Source: Octopus vulgaris (taxonomy: Eukaryota). From it: a stretch of DNA of 64,000 nt. Location: assembly GCA_951406725.2 (NCBI GenBank), contig OX597815.1:211916001-211980000 (forward strand). The letters run 5' to 3'. The stretch's first letter is position 1. Each line of letters begins with the position of its first letter. Below are positions 42,751-56,851 of the stretch, piece after piece. The notes below the pieces were generated by a model. It did not search any database and had not been told where the DNA came from. It saw only the letters and a program-made list of their open reading frames with translations. A program made the translations under genes and the position numbers.

Positions 42751-43760
42751 TGACAAACAGTAGGCATTCAACATTAAATCTATCTATTTACAAAACGCAA
42801 TATGCACCCGATTTAAAGGTTGTTGAAAATATATTAATAAACGGGGGTGAAGATCAAATATTTAATTACTCTGTGGCGTATATTAAATATCTGAACTTCA
42901 CATAACATGGAATAGGGTATTCTGTAAATCTATTCTATTGTTATTAATTTGCACGTGTAAACAAGTTATATTTATATACTCTTTTATAACTGCTGGGTTT
43001 GAAATACCATCAGAAAGGAATTTTTCAAGTCTTTGATGCAATATTATCTTTAATATCACACAATGGTCTTGAACCGTCTAAAAATAGTATACCACTAAAA
43101 GGTTAGTAGTAGGCGTCTAATTTAATAATAAAAGGGACAAGTCAAGCATCTGTGTTAATGTTATTTCGAAACTTGCTTATTCCATGTTAAGGTCGGGGGA
43201 AAATACTCAAAGAAACTAAATTTTGACAAAGTAGTTGTGAAGCCATAAATTCTAATTAAAATTACATCCGTAATGAGGAAAGAGAATCATTAGTTCAATG
43301 ATCAATTCAGGTAAAAAAAAAAATGCAAGTGAGAGAATCCCAAAATTTTAATCAACTGTTAATATTTTTCATCTTTTAATTATTTTTTTCTTTATTTATT
43401 TATTCTTTCATCTATTTTCTTCTTTCCTTCTTCATTCATCTATTTACTAATTTATTTCCGTCTTCATTCACAGACTTATTTATTTATCTTTTCTCTCCTT
43501 CTCCATTCATCAATTCATTTGTTTGTTTTTGATAATAAATAAATAAAGCAAGATTTAAAAAAAAAAAGAGAAATATTCAGCAAAAGAAAAAGCAATTGAA
43601 AATTAAAAACTGAAGAAAACATTTAGGAGTTGAGTCACAACGTTTGGCTTTTGTTTGTTAGAATTCCTTAATAATAGCTAAAATTCATATAAATAAAAAA
43701 ATTAAAAGATAATAACTTAAACTAATTGGAATTACCAGTGAAATGATTCGTTTTCGTTTT

Positions 43761-43806
<46 letters not shown>

Positions 43807-43957
43807 TCATATGGACCTTGAACCCACAAGAGTAAACAAGAGAGACAAAGAAAGGCAGAAACAAGGAAAATGCCACTTGTTTTTGAACACTATTCAAATA
43901 TTCTTTAAAAAAAAAACTTTTCTTTTAATTTTTCTAAATTTAATTATTTAATAGTTA

Positions 43958-43994
43958 TAGTTGAAAAGGTCTCAAATAACCGAAACCGGTACTG
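43958..43994 (+). ncRNA. Degenerate minimal HHR
   Basis: TAG-TTGAAAA-GGT(CTCAAATA)ACC-GAAA-CCGG-TA-CTG; flanks resemble 14510-14650 (-). Confidence 0.45.
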
Positions 43995-44197
43995 AAATGT
44001 TCTTTATAAAAAATCATATTTAGGGGTAAAGATTTTCTATCTTTGACTTGTTTTTTCAACCACTGGATAATAAAACGAATGGTTTACACCTAGTAGCTTA
44101 TAGGTAGCTTATTGGTAAAGCGCATGTGGCTGCTTTTCTCTCTACAAAACTGAAAGTTACATTACGGAACAGTCATTTTAACGAGTTGTATTTGTTT

Positions 44198-44303
44198 ATC
44201 ACCCGACGAGATACATCTGCACCACCGGATGCTCCTGAACCAGTTGTTGGGTGTCCAACCCAAGAGGAATCGATGCTAGATATATCGAAACAATTGTCGT
44301 GAT
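44198..44303 (+). ncRNA. HHR with long stem II (core CCGACGA) inside repeat 44063-44349
   Basis: ATCAC-CCGACGA-GATACATCT...AGATATATC-GAAA-CAATTG-TC-GTGAT; the homologue at 56974-56980 (-) has canonical CTGACGA. Confidence 0.7.
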
Positions 44304-44393
44304 TAATAATAAATTCTTGTTTATTCCATCTTCTGTCTTTCATTTGCTATATATATATATATGGATAGATGGCAGGTATGTGTGCGTGCGTGC

Positions 44394-44452
<59 letters not shown>

Positions 44453-44698
44453 TAGATAGATAGATAGATAGATACATAGATAGATGTCCATCTATATATG
44501 GATATATATATATATATATATATATAGATAGATATATATACGATGATCACGATGAGACCAGACCATCAGATGTTGTTATAGATAGATAGTCACAATGCGT
44601 TCGCATTGTTTTAGCCTTCCAATGACGCCACCCCACTGGCTAAGCGAGCAGGCCATATATATATATATATATATATATAAGGAGAAATATATATATAG

Positions 44699-44730
<32 letters not shown>

Positions 44731-45582
44731 GATAGATGGATGGATGGATGCATGGTAGGTATGTGTGCATGGTTGCACGCGTATGTGTATGTAAATAAAT
44801 ATGTATATGCATGCGTGTATGTCTTTGTGTTTATTCCCTACCACCGCTTGATCTCCAGAGCTGGTTTGTTTACATTCCCCTAACTTAGTTCCGTAAAAAT
44901 AAACGATAGAATAAGTACCGTGTTTTTAAAAAAAGTTACCGTGGTTGATTTGTTCGACTAAACCCTTCAAAGCAGTGCCCCAGCAACGCCTCATTCTAAA
45001 GGCTAAAACAAGTCAGAGATAAAAGATACTGCTTTACATTTCTTGTTCTCTAATTCGAATTAAAGAATTACATAAAAAACAAAGCATGCAGTCGTTTGAA
45101 TTCAAGAAAATTTAACAAATCGAGAATAGTATTTTAAACTGAGTTAAGTACTTTGTACTGTATAATGTTACTCTCTGTTATGTTTGGGGTGATATTATGT
45201 ATTTATTAAATTAAGAAAACTTTATGTATAAATGGACTAAATGTGTGAATTTGTGTATGCTAGAAATTACTAACATTCTCTCTGTAAAATTGATGTCTAT
45301 TGCTTGTTTCGTTAGCATTAATTATATTACCGTTGAGTATGTATTTGACAGATGGCAATTTATGGCAAAGATCTTTTCCTGAAACTAGAATAGAGCATGA
45401 AAACTATAATCACCTGTGGAATTTACAGCACAGATGCAGCTGTCAGTAGTTTATTCCATACCACCAAGTGGTATCTACTTGCAGATCGGTTGGCCTGGTT
45501 TGTTGAATGCTGCATGTGTCTATGGCAAAACATCCACCGCTTTGATGTAGACACATTAATAACAGAATATCAAGCGGTGATG

Positions 45583-46000
45583 AACGCGGCGAGCTGGCAG
45601 AAACGTTAGCACGCCGGGCGAAATGCTTAGTGGTATTTCGTCTGCCACTACGTTCTGAGTTCAAATACTACCGAGGTCAACTTTGCCTTTCATCCTTTCG
45701 GGGTCGATTAAATAAGTACCAGTTAAGCACTGGGCTCGATATAATCGACTCGATCCATTTGTCTGTCCTTGTTCGTTCTCTCTGTCTGTAGCCCCTTGTG
45801 GGTAGTAAAGAAATAGGTATTTCGTCTGCTGTTACGTTCTGAGTTCAAATTCCGTCGAGGTCGACTTTGCCTTTCATCCTTTCGAGGTCGATAAATAAAG
45901 TACCAATTACGCACTGGGTTCGATGTAATCAAGTTAATCCCTTTGTCTGTCCTTGTTTGTCCCCTCTATGTTTAGCCCCTTGTGGGCAATGAAGAAATAA
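45583..46000 (+). mobile_element. SINE family B dimer
   Basis: Body duplicated; imperfect TSD AGAATATCAAG.G.TGA. Confidence 0.9.
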
Positions 46001-46441
46001 GAATATCAAGTGCTGATTCAGAATCAATAATAACAGAATATTAAGCTCTGACTTAGAACTTTGTTCTTTTATAACTCATGAATGCGCCCATTTGTACCAG
46101 ACCACGCTATAATTGTTGGTACATTAGTCGAACCTATACGTATGAAAGGAGTTAACTACTGTGCAATTTCAACTCAAAGTGTAGCAGATCGAAAGTAAAA
46201 GCGCTAAAACATTTGGGTCTTGTCTTGAGTTCCTACTGTGAAATAGCCGCCTATTATTCCATTCATCTTGCACCATTACCAAGAAGCAGCACTCTATCGA
46301 GTAGTTTATCTAACTAAGCGAGTGAATGACAAACCTCCTGGGTAGAAGTCTCTTTATCTACTATCTATGACAGCCTTTTGTCCGTATGGGGATTTCATAG
46401 GATAACTGCGTACAAACGATATATATCTATAAGTATGTATA

Positions 46442-46478
<37 letters not shown>

Positions 46479-48013
46479 CAAGAATCTATACCATTCCTAT
46501 TTACACTTAGGTGTACTGAATCAAGAATAAGAATTGAGTGCCAAGGCAAACGGCACATTAAAATGCTGATAATGAGATACAAATCGCCGGCCCTTCAGCT
46601 GGGTGGTCGACGCACTATCAACTCAACCATCTTCAATTCTCGATAGTCTTTTGAAGAATATGTTTCTCGTTGTGACACTCAAGATATTCTTACACATATC
46701 ATGTGAAATTGCATATGAGAAACTAGATGGAAAATAAGATATCATCTTCCAATTCACACGGGAGAATTTTACGTCCTCCCAAAATTATGGGATGTAATTT
46801 GGCAGTCATAATGAGATTATCATTTTTTTCCCCCTTTCTTTGAGAGAATTTATATGCTTCAGAAAGCAAATACTAAGTCAAAAGCACATAGTTAAATCAA
46901 GTTGGCAAACGGCAATGAGGTTATGTATATATTTCAGTAACAGCCATTGTCAGCGCCACTCGACTATATTCAAACACAATCGAGTTGTTAATTTTAAAAA
47001 TACATGTACGAAAACAGAGATAACATGAGAAGAAGATAAAACAACATGAGATAAATTATCATATTTCGAAAGTTAACAGTCAGTCCACACCCTAGAAAAC
47101 GGCTGGTATTAAGAATCTGAACTGACATAGGAACCAGTTAAAACAATAATCCTGACATTTTCAGGAAGATGTTTATGATTTCGGTTTATTTAGTAATCAT
47201 ATACAACTGATTTGTTATGAAAAAATAAAGGTCGTATCTAGAAGTTTCAGTCATATTTTCAATCAAATGTAACTGTAGAGTTCAAGTTTGGTGAGTAGCA
47301 GACAGTTCTTCATTTTCGTGCGCATATTAAAAATAGCATGTTTAGGAAGATAGTAACGGAGATGTTTACAGTCACGCCTACAAACATCTTCAGAAACGGT
47401 TTATATATGCACGTGTGTGTGTGTGACCTTGTTGCTTATGACGAGAATGATTTCAAACCTGAATAGCGAACTTAAAGGCAGAATATTTATTCAAATTTTA
47501 GTCCATTGCACCAGGAACTAAACAGCAGCATTAATGTTGCAGTCGACTTATAATTTATATTTCTTTACAACATATATTTACTTGAAAAGGACACCCTTCG
47601 GTCATGAATGACCATGGGATTGCACCTAGAAAGTTACCCTCCGAGGCACAAGTCCAGGAAAGGTTGTTTATGGAAGACCAGCAGTCGCCCATGCATACCA
47701 GCCTCCCCTCTCCACGCCACCGATGCTGTCCAAGGGAAAGGCAAAGGCCGATGCAGCATGGCACCTGTGACGTCGCAACTCATTTCGACAGCTGGAACAA
47801 CGTGAAATGCAGGCAATTTTTATATCCAACTTAACGTGGATGCCTTGTTAGAACGCCGAAGACTGCGTTATTAGCCTTGAGAGATCCTATCATATAGGCG
47901 CTTGATTCATAAAAGCACGGATTTCTCAAGGCTACTAACGCAGTATTCAGAGTTCAAACAAGACGTTCACGTTAAGTTGTATATAACGATTACTTATTCT
48001 GTAATCGTTATAT

Positions 48014-48567
48014 ACAAACAAGGACAGACAAACGGATTAAGTCGATTATATCGACCCCAGTGCGTAACTGGTACTTATTTAATCGACCCCGAAAGGATGA
48101 AAGGCAAAGTCGACTTCGGCGGAATTTGAACGCAGTACGTAGCCGCAGACGAAATACCTATTTCTTTACTACCCACAAGGGGCTAAACACAGAAGGGACA
48201 AACAAGGACAGACAAACGGATTAAGTCGATTATATCAACCCCAGTGCGTAACTGGTACTTATTTAATCGACCCCGAAAAATGAAAGGCAAAGTCGACCTC
48301 GGCGGAATTTGAACTCAGAACGTAGCGGCAGACGAAATACCTATTTCTTTACTACCCACAAGGGGCTAAACACAGAGAGGACAAACAAGGACAGACATAC
48401 GGATTAAGTCGATTACATCGACCCCAGTGCGTAACTGGTACTTAATTTATCGACCCCGAAAAATGAAAGGCAAAGTCGACCTCGGTGGAATTTGAACTCA
48501 GAACGTAGCGGCAGACGAAATACCGCTAAGCATTTCGCCCGGCGTGCTAACGATTCTGCCAGCTCGT
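48014..48567 (-). mobile_element. SINE family B trimer
   Basis: Three ~179-bp tandem bodies with one head. Confidence 0.92.
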
Positions 48568-49509
48568 GTGTTGTCCACAGGCCATTGATTCACTGTTTAC
48601 ATCTCTTTAATGTAGTCGATATAAATTTGACTTGAGGCAGTAATGTTGATTCTGTTTTTCGGGGCTTTTTTTCTTTTTTTATTTCTTTCGAAATAATTAT
48701 GAACTGCTTCGGGGTACATTGTACAAGATATTTACCCGGAAGCGAAAAAAAAAAAGAATTACATTATAAAAAGATATTCCCTTCACACGACTTTTACATA
48801 CAAGATAATACATTGTTTCATTTTTCTTTTCTTTTTTGTTATTTTTTTCTTTTTTTTTTTTTTGAAATCCTAGGATCGACTTTTACATCTTTAGTAACTT
48901 TTATTTGAGCATACATGATACATGAAAGCAAAACTGCGCACAAACACACTAATGTGTGCGTGCGTGTGTGTGCGTGCGTGCGTGCGTGCGTGTGTGTGTG
49001 TGCGTGCGCGCACGTGTTCAGAAAAAGAAAATAGGATTTGGATAAAATCTATTTATTTAACCCTTTCGCCCCTTTCAGGGATTCATCATGAATAATTTAT
49101 TATAGAAAATTGATATCTTTTATAAATATATACAAATATGAGCTAATGCTTTGCTTAAAATATTCGCCACACACACTTGCTTACACATAGACACAAACAC
49201 ATACACACATATACAGAGACGTATATACACACATACATGCACACACATATATGTGCACATATATAGGCTTAAAATGACAAACAACATCTCAAATAACCTC
49301 TCCTAAATCATCCTTTTTTCCAAAACCCAAGAAAACTAATTCAACTCCAGATTTTTTCAACTCACAGATATATATATATAAAAGGTATGAATTTTCTATA
49401 AGAAATCATTCATAATGCATCCCTAAAAGGGACAAAAGCACTAAATGAATATTTATGATCCAAATCCTATCTTATTTTAACATTTAAATCTGTACCCCAC
49501 TTCAAATCT

Positions 49510-49840
49510 CTACCTTGTAAAGTGCTTTCTTCTATAGCCTTTTCTCGACCGAAGCCTTATGAGTGGAGTTGATGGACAGAAACTGAAAGAAGCCTGATGT
49601 ATATGCATATATTTATCTGTATGTGTATTTGTGATCGTCTTGTGTTTGTTCCCCAACACCGTTTGACCACCGGTGCTGGTTTGTTTATGTCCCGTAACAT
49701 AGCGGTTCGGCAAAAGAGAACTATAGAATAAGTACCAGGCTTTAAAAAAAATAACGTTGATTTGTTCGACTAAGTCCTTCAAGGTGGTGGCTCAGCATGG
49801 CCGCAGTCCAATGACTGAAACAAGTGAAAGTCAAAAGATA
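49510..49840 (+). mobile_element. SINE family A, 5'-truncated
   Basis: Matches the family A body and tail. Confidence 0.8.
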
Positions 49841-52389
49841 CCTACAACAAAGGAATTAGAAACCTTGGCAGCAGATTCATCTAGCTGCTAACATATTTTA
49901 AATTTGTCTTTGCTCTATTTTATAACATACGTATATTTATCAACATCCAGCGAATGTATATACGAACGGCATTTACTTCTAATTTGCCTATCATGAAAAA
50001 ATACACAAAGGTTAATACAATGACGAACGATAGAGTCTGCAACTCGTTCTAGAATGTCTTGCCTTCAATCTTATCAACAGACAGTAGGCATTTCATAATT
50101 CCATTGCTTTCTATCATCCTCTATTCACATTCATTTTACAGCTGTTTATTTATCATTGCAGGGACATCAGCGACGGAAACAGACTGTATTCCTATTGAAC
50201 TTCTTAGCCACCATTTTGTTTTTTCTTTAACTGCCAAGGACTTGCATAATTTATAAATATCAATAGCTAACATATCTATTTCTTTACAGTATCGTTATTC
50301 TATATTATCAGGCTGTTCTAATTGTTATCATGTTTTAGAAAAGACAGTTTTGTTTGTATTATAACTCTAGTTGACTAATATAACTCTAGTTGACTAAAGC
50401 AGAGAGCCGACACATTCTGAGTTCCAATGCTGCCCAGATTAATTTTGCTTTCATCCTTTTGAGGGTTGATAAAATAAAGTACCGGTCAAGCACTGGCAAA
50501 GATAGTATCGACTCACTGCCTCATCTCAAGATTGCTGACCTCGTGCCTAAATCAGAAACTATCAAATCAGAAACAGTTTAGTTTTTGTGTATATTCACTA
50601 CGTAACTGAGTACAGCTTATACTTAGAAAATATACATGTTATTTTTTTATATGTATGTGTGTATACATTATAAGTGTTTGTGAGTGAATGAGTGTGTATG
50701 GCTGGATGTATATCGGGACGTCGCGACTAAACCAGCAGCCTTACCAAGCCTTCTTTGAAAGGGACATGGTATTTGTTGGAAACCCAAGAGAACGAACACA
50801 AAACCTGTCAAAAGACGGACGAACTCAGCTGAGTCAACGATCAGCGCAGCTTGGAGTGAGAGATCCCGAGTCTTTGATTTGATTAAACATCTCTCAAAGA
50901 GAGGAAAATTCCGAAATAATATCAACCTCATCGAGAAGATGGGGATCTTTCCACTGCTTGTGTCTGGATTATTTCGCTTTGAAGAGTCTTAGCTGTGTTC
51001 CGCCAGCTGATATTGACGATCATGGAGAGGCTGCCTCGATAGTTCAACCACTGGTAAAAGTGGTAGGGCCATTATAATACAACCAATGGATTAGCAGAAT
51101 TGTTAGTGCAGCATTTGTTCCGGCCCTTTACGTTCTGAGTAAAGGGCCGGAACCTTTTGGGGCCAATGAAATAATGTACCAAATTAAGTTCTGGGATATA
51201 TGATATCAACTTATATTCTGGTTTTGTGCGCCTAATTCACGACCCCTGTACTTGATTGGTACTTATATATATATATATATGGAATCAATAAAATAAAGTA
51301 CCAAGTCAAGTTCTGGGATATATATAGTATCAACTTATCTTCTCAAACTGCTGGTTTTGTGTGCCTAATTCATGACCCATATACTTGATTGGTACCTATA
51401 TATCTCCGGAGTCAATGAAATCAAGTACCACTCGAATACTGAGGTCGATTCAATCAATTAAATGCCCTCCACCAAATCTGCTAGTCTTGGGCCTAAATTA
51501 GAAACAATTATTATTGTTGTTGTCCTTGTTGTCGTCGTATTCGTTGTCGTAGTCATCATCGTCGTTGTTGTTCTTGTTAGCCACTGATGACGAAGAAGTT
51601 TGCAACTCGCTGCGAAGCAAAAGGGTTTTAGAAAAGAAAATAGAATTGTTACCGAAAACGCTCGCATACAGAGAATTTTTTTAAGTTTTGAGACTTCCTC
51701 TAGAGATTTTGACAAACGGAAAAAAAATATAGTTTGCGTTATATTTTAGGCAAAGTTTACTTTTTCCTTTCACGACATTGATATTAACAAAAATGGATAT
51801 AAATATTTCTCAATACTGATATTTAAAAAAAATGGATATAAATATTTCACACCCGCCACATTCTTAAAGAATACATTTCCCACAGAAAATAAAGGAAAAT
51901 ATAATGCTATTTTAATCATAAATGCAACATAGTAACCAGAATTTAAAACAAAACTCGAGCATTTTAACACCCAAGTAGAAATCTTGTCAACAACGAGGAA
52001 AACAACACAATGCATGCACATATCACTTCGGGTGCCAGCAAGAATACTGAAAGGCCGCCCTTCAAGAACGATCTTAAAAAAAAAACAATATGGAACGTTT
52101 TGTCACATGATCGAAAGTTCGGGAACATTTAGTCCACTGAACTGGTTAATGTTCCACAATCAATCACAATTGCTTACAAGAAAAGTATCTATACTAAGAA
52201 GAACACAGAAAGCTTTCTGGTCCCATCCAAGTGAAAGTTGGAAACAGCCCCGACAGTTAATTTAAGTGAAATATTCTTTATAGGAAGGTGGACATGCGGC
52301 ACTGTATGCGCTATTATTATATAGAAAACGGACCATAAGCGCAAGACCAAATATTATGCGCCCTATAAGAGGGCTCCGCTGTAGTTGGG

Positions 52390-52775
52390 AAACGGATTTT
52401 TAACATGAACATGAAAATGGCTCTGCTATACGCGCGTGAAACATGGCGGGTCACTAAACTTTCCCGTGCCAAGTTCCAAATGTTTACGTATAGACGTCTC
52501 ATAAGGCGGTGAGCTGACAGAATCGTTAGCACGCCAAGTGAAATGCGTAGCCGTATTTCATCTGCCGTTACGTTCTGAGTTCAAATTCAGCCGAGGTCGA
52601 CTTTGCCTTTCATCCTTTCGAAGTCGATAAATTAAGTACCAGTTACGCACTGGGGTCGATGTAATCGACTTAATCCGTTTGTCTGTCCTTGTTTGTCCCC
52701 TCTATGTTTAGCCCCTTGTGGGTAGTAAATAAACAGGTATAGACGTCTCATCTTCGGATGAGATGGCAAGCCAAA
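52390..52775 (+). mobile_element. RTE LINE relic interrupted by SINE family B (52503-52736) with a 15-bp TSD
   Basis: RIFNMNMKMALLYARETWRVTK (RTE LLYG.ETW motif); TSD GTATAGACGTCTCAT at 52488-52502 and 52737-52751. Confidence 0.85.
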
Positions 52776-53147
52776 CTCACAAAGCCTTGTGAGAATAGAT
52801 AACCCAGCGACCTTTTCAAACCAAATCGAGAAGAGAAAAACCATTTAACTTCTATGAACAATAAAGGAATAAGTACAATGGAAATGTAATCAAGAATGGA
52901 GAGTACACTGATCGACACAAACGAAGCAGACGACAGTATAAATTTTGAATAAATATTCCCTATTTATTGTATATTGTATCTAGGTTCTACTTGTCAACTT
53001 CGAATACTATTTCAGAAATACCTGCTTATTCAGCACCTTGATAGAAATTTGTGTATGCATGTGTGTGTGAGTCACATTTTCTATGTAGACAACTTGTGTC
53101 AGTCAACAAAGAAATAAGTTGTTAAGTAGCAAGTGAAGTCATCGTCA

Positions 53148-53220
53148 GGGCTTGTGGCGCAATGGATAACGCGTCTGACTACGGATCAGAAGATTCCAGG
53201 TTCGAATCCTGGCAAGCTCG
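53148..53220 (+). tRNA. trnR-ACG: tRNA-Arg (anticodon ACG)
   Basis: 73 nt; acceptor stem GGGCTTG/CAAGCTC, D arm GCGC..GCGT, anticodon arm TCTGA-CTACGGA-TCAGA, T arm CCAGG-TTCGAAT-CCTGG; matches the metazoan tRNA-Arg(ACG) pattern. Confidence 0.97.
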
Positions 53221-53226
53221 TAAATA

Positions 53227-53236
53227 TTTTTCTTTT
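53227..53236 (+). terminator. Pol III oligo-T terminator of the tRNA gene
   Basis: TTTTTCTTTT starting 7 nt after the tRNA. Confidence 0.7.
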
Positions 53237-53731
53237 AATTTATATATGTTATTATGTGAAAGATGTTTGTTGATATATTTCTTAATTTTAAGTACATATT
53301 TTACATATATGTGACTTATATTAGGAAGAAAATATGACCACCCCCAGCTATAACAATAACGAATTTGTGATGAATATCGTTAATTCTACTACATGAGGTT
53401 TTGTCACGCAACATATAACTCATCGACTTTGTGTTCAGGCAAGCTCGAGAATTTATTATTCCAATTTCTAATACAAAAACATATTTCTCTACCTTGGGAA
53501 ATTTTCCGATTGCAGATTGGAAATTGTCTAATCAGTGAATAATTTTCAAATATTGAAATATATATATATATATTATATTCATCAATTACTGCAAAGTCTT
53601 GGCAATTAATTTTTATGTCATGGGCATCAGATATACTTTAAAAAAAATACTTAAATATAGAAAATAAAGAGTTTAATTTAAATTACAAACTTATAGGGAT
53701 ACAGCTGTTGTGCGTCTCTTAAGTATAAATA

Positions 53732-54978
53732 CGAGGGAAAGTAAAAATTATGCGCACTTTCACCTTAACATATCTTATAGTTAGCACTGTTGTGGTCATG
53801 TGATCAAAGTTTGAACCTGGTCACATCATTTTTCTTTCTGGCTTTACAGCGTAAGCATGGCTACTCCACTAGCAATGACCACCAAAGAAGAACAAAGAGC
53901 AGTGATCCGATTTCTCTGGTCAGAAGGTCTGTCAGGTGTTGAAATTCATCAATGGCTTTTAGCATAATACGGGGATAGTGCACTACCGTGTAGAAATGTG
54001 TATGAGTGGATTGAGAAGTTTAAAAGTGGCCGGATTGGCGTGACGCACGAAGAGGGAACAGGACGCTCGTCAACCCCCACCACTGACGAGAAGATTCAGT
54101 AAGCTCGAGAGATGGTAATGGTTATCATCTATGTGGTAGCTCGTTCTCTGCAGATTAGGCATAGTTCTGGCTATCAAATCATCCACGATGCGCTGGGCTT
54201 CTATAAAGTCTGTGCAAGATGAGTGTCAAATGAGCTTAACTGCAAGCCCAAATGTCTTGAGGTTTGCCTACATTTACTCGATCGCTGCAACAATGAGCAG
54301 AATAGTCACAGGAGACAGGAGATAAAATGTGTGTCCATCATTATGAGGCAGAATCTAAAAGACGGAATATGAAGTGGAAACATCCTGGCTCGCCATTGAC
54401 AAAGAAATTCAAGACTCAGTCTTCCGCTGGAAAAGTGATGCTAACCCTATTTTGGGACTCGAAGGAGCCTATACTGGAAGACTACCTGGAAAAGGGGTGT
54501 ACGATCACCAGTGCAAGACACAGTGCTTTGCTGGCCATCAAACTGAAGCCAGCAATTCGCACCAAACGCCGAAGCCTATTGTCGAAGAAAGTTTTGTTGT
54601 TGCATGACAATGCACGCCCACACACGGCCACCCAGACCTTTGAAACCATTAACCAATTGGGTTTTGAGGTGCTAGAGCACCCTGCCTACAGCCCAGATCT
54701 CACCCTTACAGCTATCATATCTTTGGACTGCTCAAAGATGGTTTACGGAGTCATCGATTTCCAACAGATGAAGATGTGAAAGAAGTGGTGCATAAATGGT
54801 TACACGACCAACCGAAAACCTTCTTCTTCGAGGAAATACGCAAGCTTGTGGACCGCTGGACCAAGTTCCATCGAAAAGGAAGAAGACTATATAGAAAAAT
54901 GACGTACTTTTTTATCCCCTACTTTTGTGTAAATACTTTGAAAAAACAAAAGTGCGAACAATTTTTGACTCTCCCTCG
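53732..54978 (+). mobile_element. Near full-length mariner (1247 bp) with both TIRs, TA TSD and a pseudogenised transposase
   Basis: TIRs CGAGGGAAAGTAAAAATTATGCGCACTTT / AAAGTGCGAACAATTTTTGACTCTCCCTCG; ATG at 53857, EQRAVIRFL, SAGKVMLTLFWD, LLHDNARPH, HPAYSPDL; several stops and frameshifts. Confidence 0.95.
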
Positions 54979-55525
54979 TACGTTTCATTTGCATTTGAAG
55001 TGTTCAAGTTATATTTGGTTTCCATTTGAAAGCATGAGTTGACTCACATTGGGAAAATTTAAATTGCAGCTGTGTCAGTTTCAAGTTATTGAGGACCAAA
55101 ATTTTATGATAATTACAAAATATATTTATGCATTTTACATGCAAACGAAATACATTAATATACACAAAAAATACAGCATCTGAAAAATCTCCTGATCCTA
55201 ATCTGCATCTGATTTTTTAAAAATGTGTATTTTTAGATTAAAAAAAAGTTGCAGTTTTTGCATGTCTGGTGCTTAAAACAATAATCTGAAAACCGTTTGT
55301 CTACAAGAAAAAATAGAATAACTCCATTAAAAAGGTTAGAGGTGTGACTGAAAGAAAAATACACGCTTAAACAAATACGAGTATATTCCAAATTTTCTTG
55401 TCATTTCGCTTATAATTTCTTATAATTTCAAATGATTAAATCTTTTTCTCTCCCTCTGCAACTTAATTGCGATTGCTTGACACTCCCACACAAACATGCG
55501 AAGAAGTATATCCACCTATCCATCC

Positions 55526-55635
<110 letters not shown>

Positions 55636-56099
55636 TGTAGTTCTCCATCTTAGTTACCATTTCCTTCTCAAGAATATTTAGTAGAAATAGAGCGCTGAAA
55701 AAAACAACATACGGTAGTTTCTTGTTTCACGTTCTGCGTTCAAATCCCACCTTGGTCGATTCCATTTACCCAGTTTCGATTTTTTTTAAATATGAGGATT
55801 CTATTACAACCAGTGAACTAAAGGAAATGACGTAAGTGATTCATAATGACGCCTTCGTCGGCTATTAATGACCATGGATGAATGCCCTAGTTGTCCGTCC
55901 CACAAGTACAGCGTTATCTGTGTCTGAACAGTCCGGTGAGCGAAGCCAGTCACTGGCACACAAACTGCACTTATGAACTGCCCTACACTACAACTGTTTG
56001 AGTTGTAGTGTTCTTTTCTGTGGATCCGCCTTTCTTCATGTTTCACTCATCAGTCTCTCCAGTACTGGGTGTTCGATAAGACTCAAGCCTGGATACTAT

Positions 56100-56321
56100 T
56101 ACCCACAAGGGGCTACACACAGAGGGGACAAACAGGGACAGACAAACGGATTAAGTCGATTACATCGACCCCAGTGCGTAACTGGTACTTAATTTCTCGA
56201 CCCCGAAAGGATGAAAGGCAAAGTCGACCTCGGCGGAATTTGAACTCAGAACGTAACGGCAGACGAAATACGGCTACGCATTTCGCCCGGCGTGCTAACG
56301 GTTCTGCCAGCTCGCCGCCTT
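56100..56321 (-). mobile_element. SINE family B with 12-bp TSD, inside a probable RTE 5' region (~55840-56590, -)
   Basis: TSD CCTGGATACTAT at 56088-56099 and 56322-56333. Confidence 0.9.
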
Positions 56322-56723
56322 CCTGGATACTATGATATAGAGGACAGTTTGTTTCCATGCAGTGTGTCTCCACTCTTCAGGTAACAGATGGATCCCAAGG
56401 TACGACATGACCGCTACAATTTGGCATCAACGTCGTCACAGGAATTGCTAAAATGTAGTTGTAGGCAACTTCGAACTGCTCCAGGGATCTGACTCCCGAT
56501 TTTTTCTCAAAGCAGCGGATGTTTGAAATCAGCGTTTTCCTTCCCCTAGATGGACTACCCCTTCCTTCACGCGGCTAACGAGCTCCATCCGTCAGTCTGA
56601 CTTACTAATTAATCTATAGTTAGGGCCCTGACAGGTGCTGCAACACTACTTCAGAATAGACCTGGAAACAATATATGTGTGTGAGTTTGTGTCTGTGCGC
56701 GTGTGTGTGTGTGTGTGTGTATA

Positions 56724-56759
<36 letters not shown>

Positions 56760-56851
56760 GTGTGTATAATGGATAATAAAACGAATGGTTTATTTACACC
56801 TGGTAGCTTACTGGTAAAGAACGGTCGCTTTCACAGTGATCGTTATGCATA

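Noticed and set aside
48014-48567. CRISPR-like or tandem gene array
   Set aside because: Tandem SINE bodies without unique spacers; eukaryotic context
50688-51000. GC-richer block with short ORFs
   Set aside because: No recognisable domain or splice structure; probably an unclassified TE relic
56034-56060. Minus-strand CTGATGA-GT-GAAA
   Set aside because: No stem II and no UH triplet
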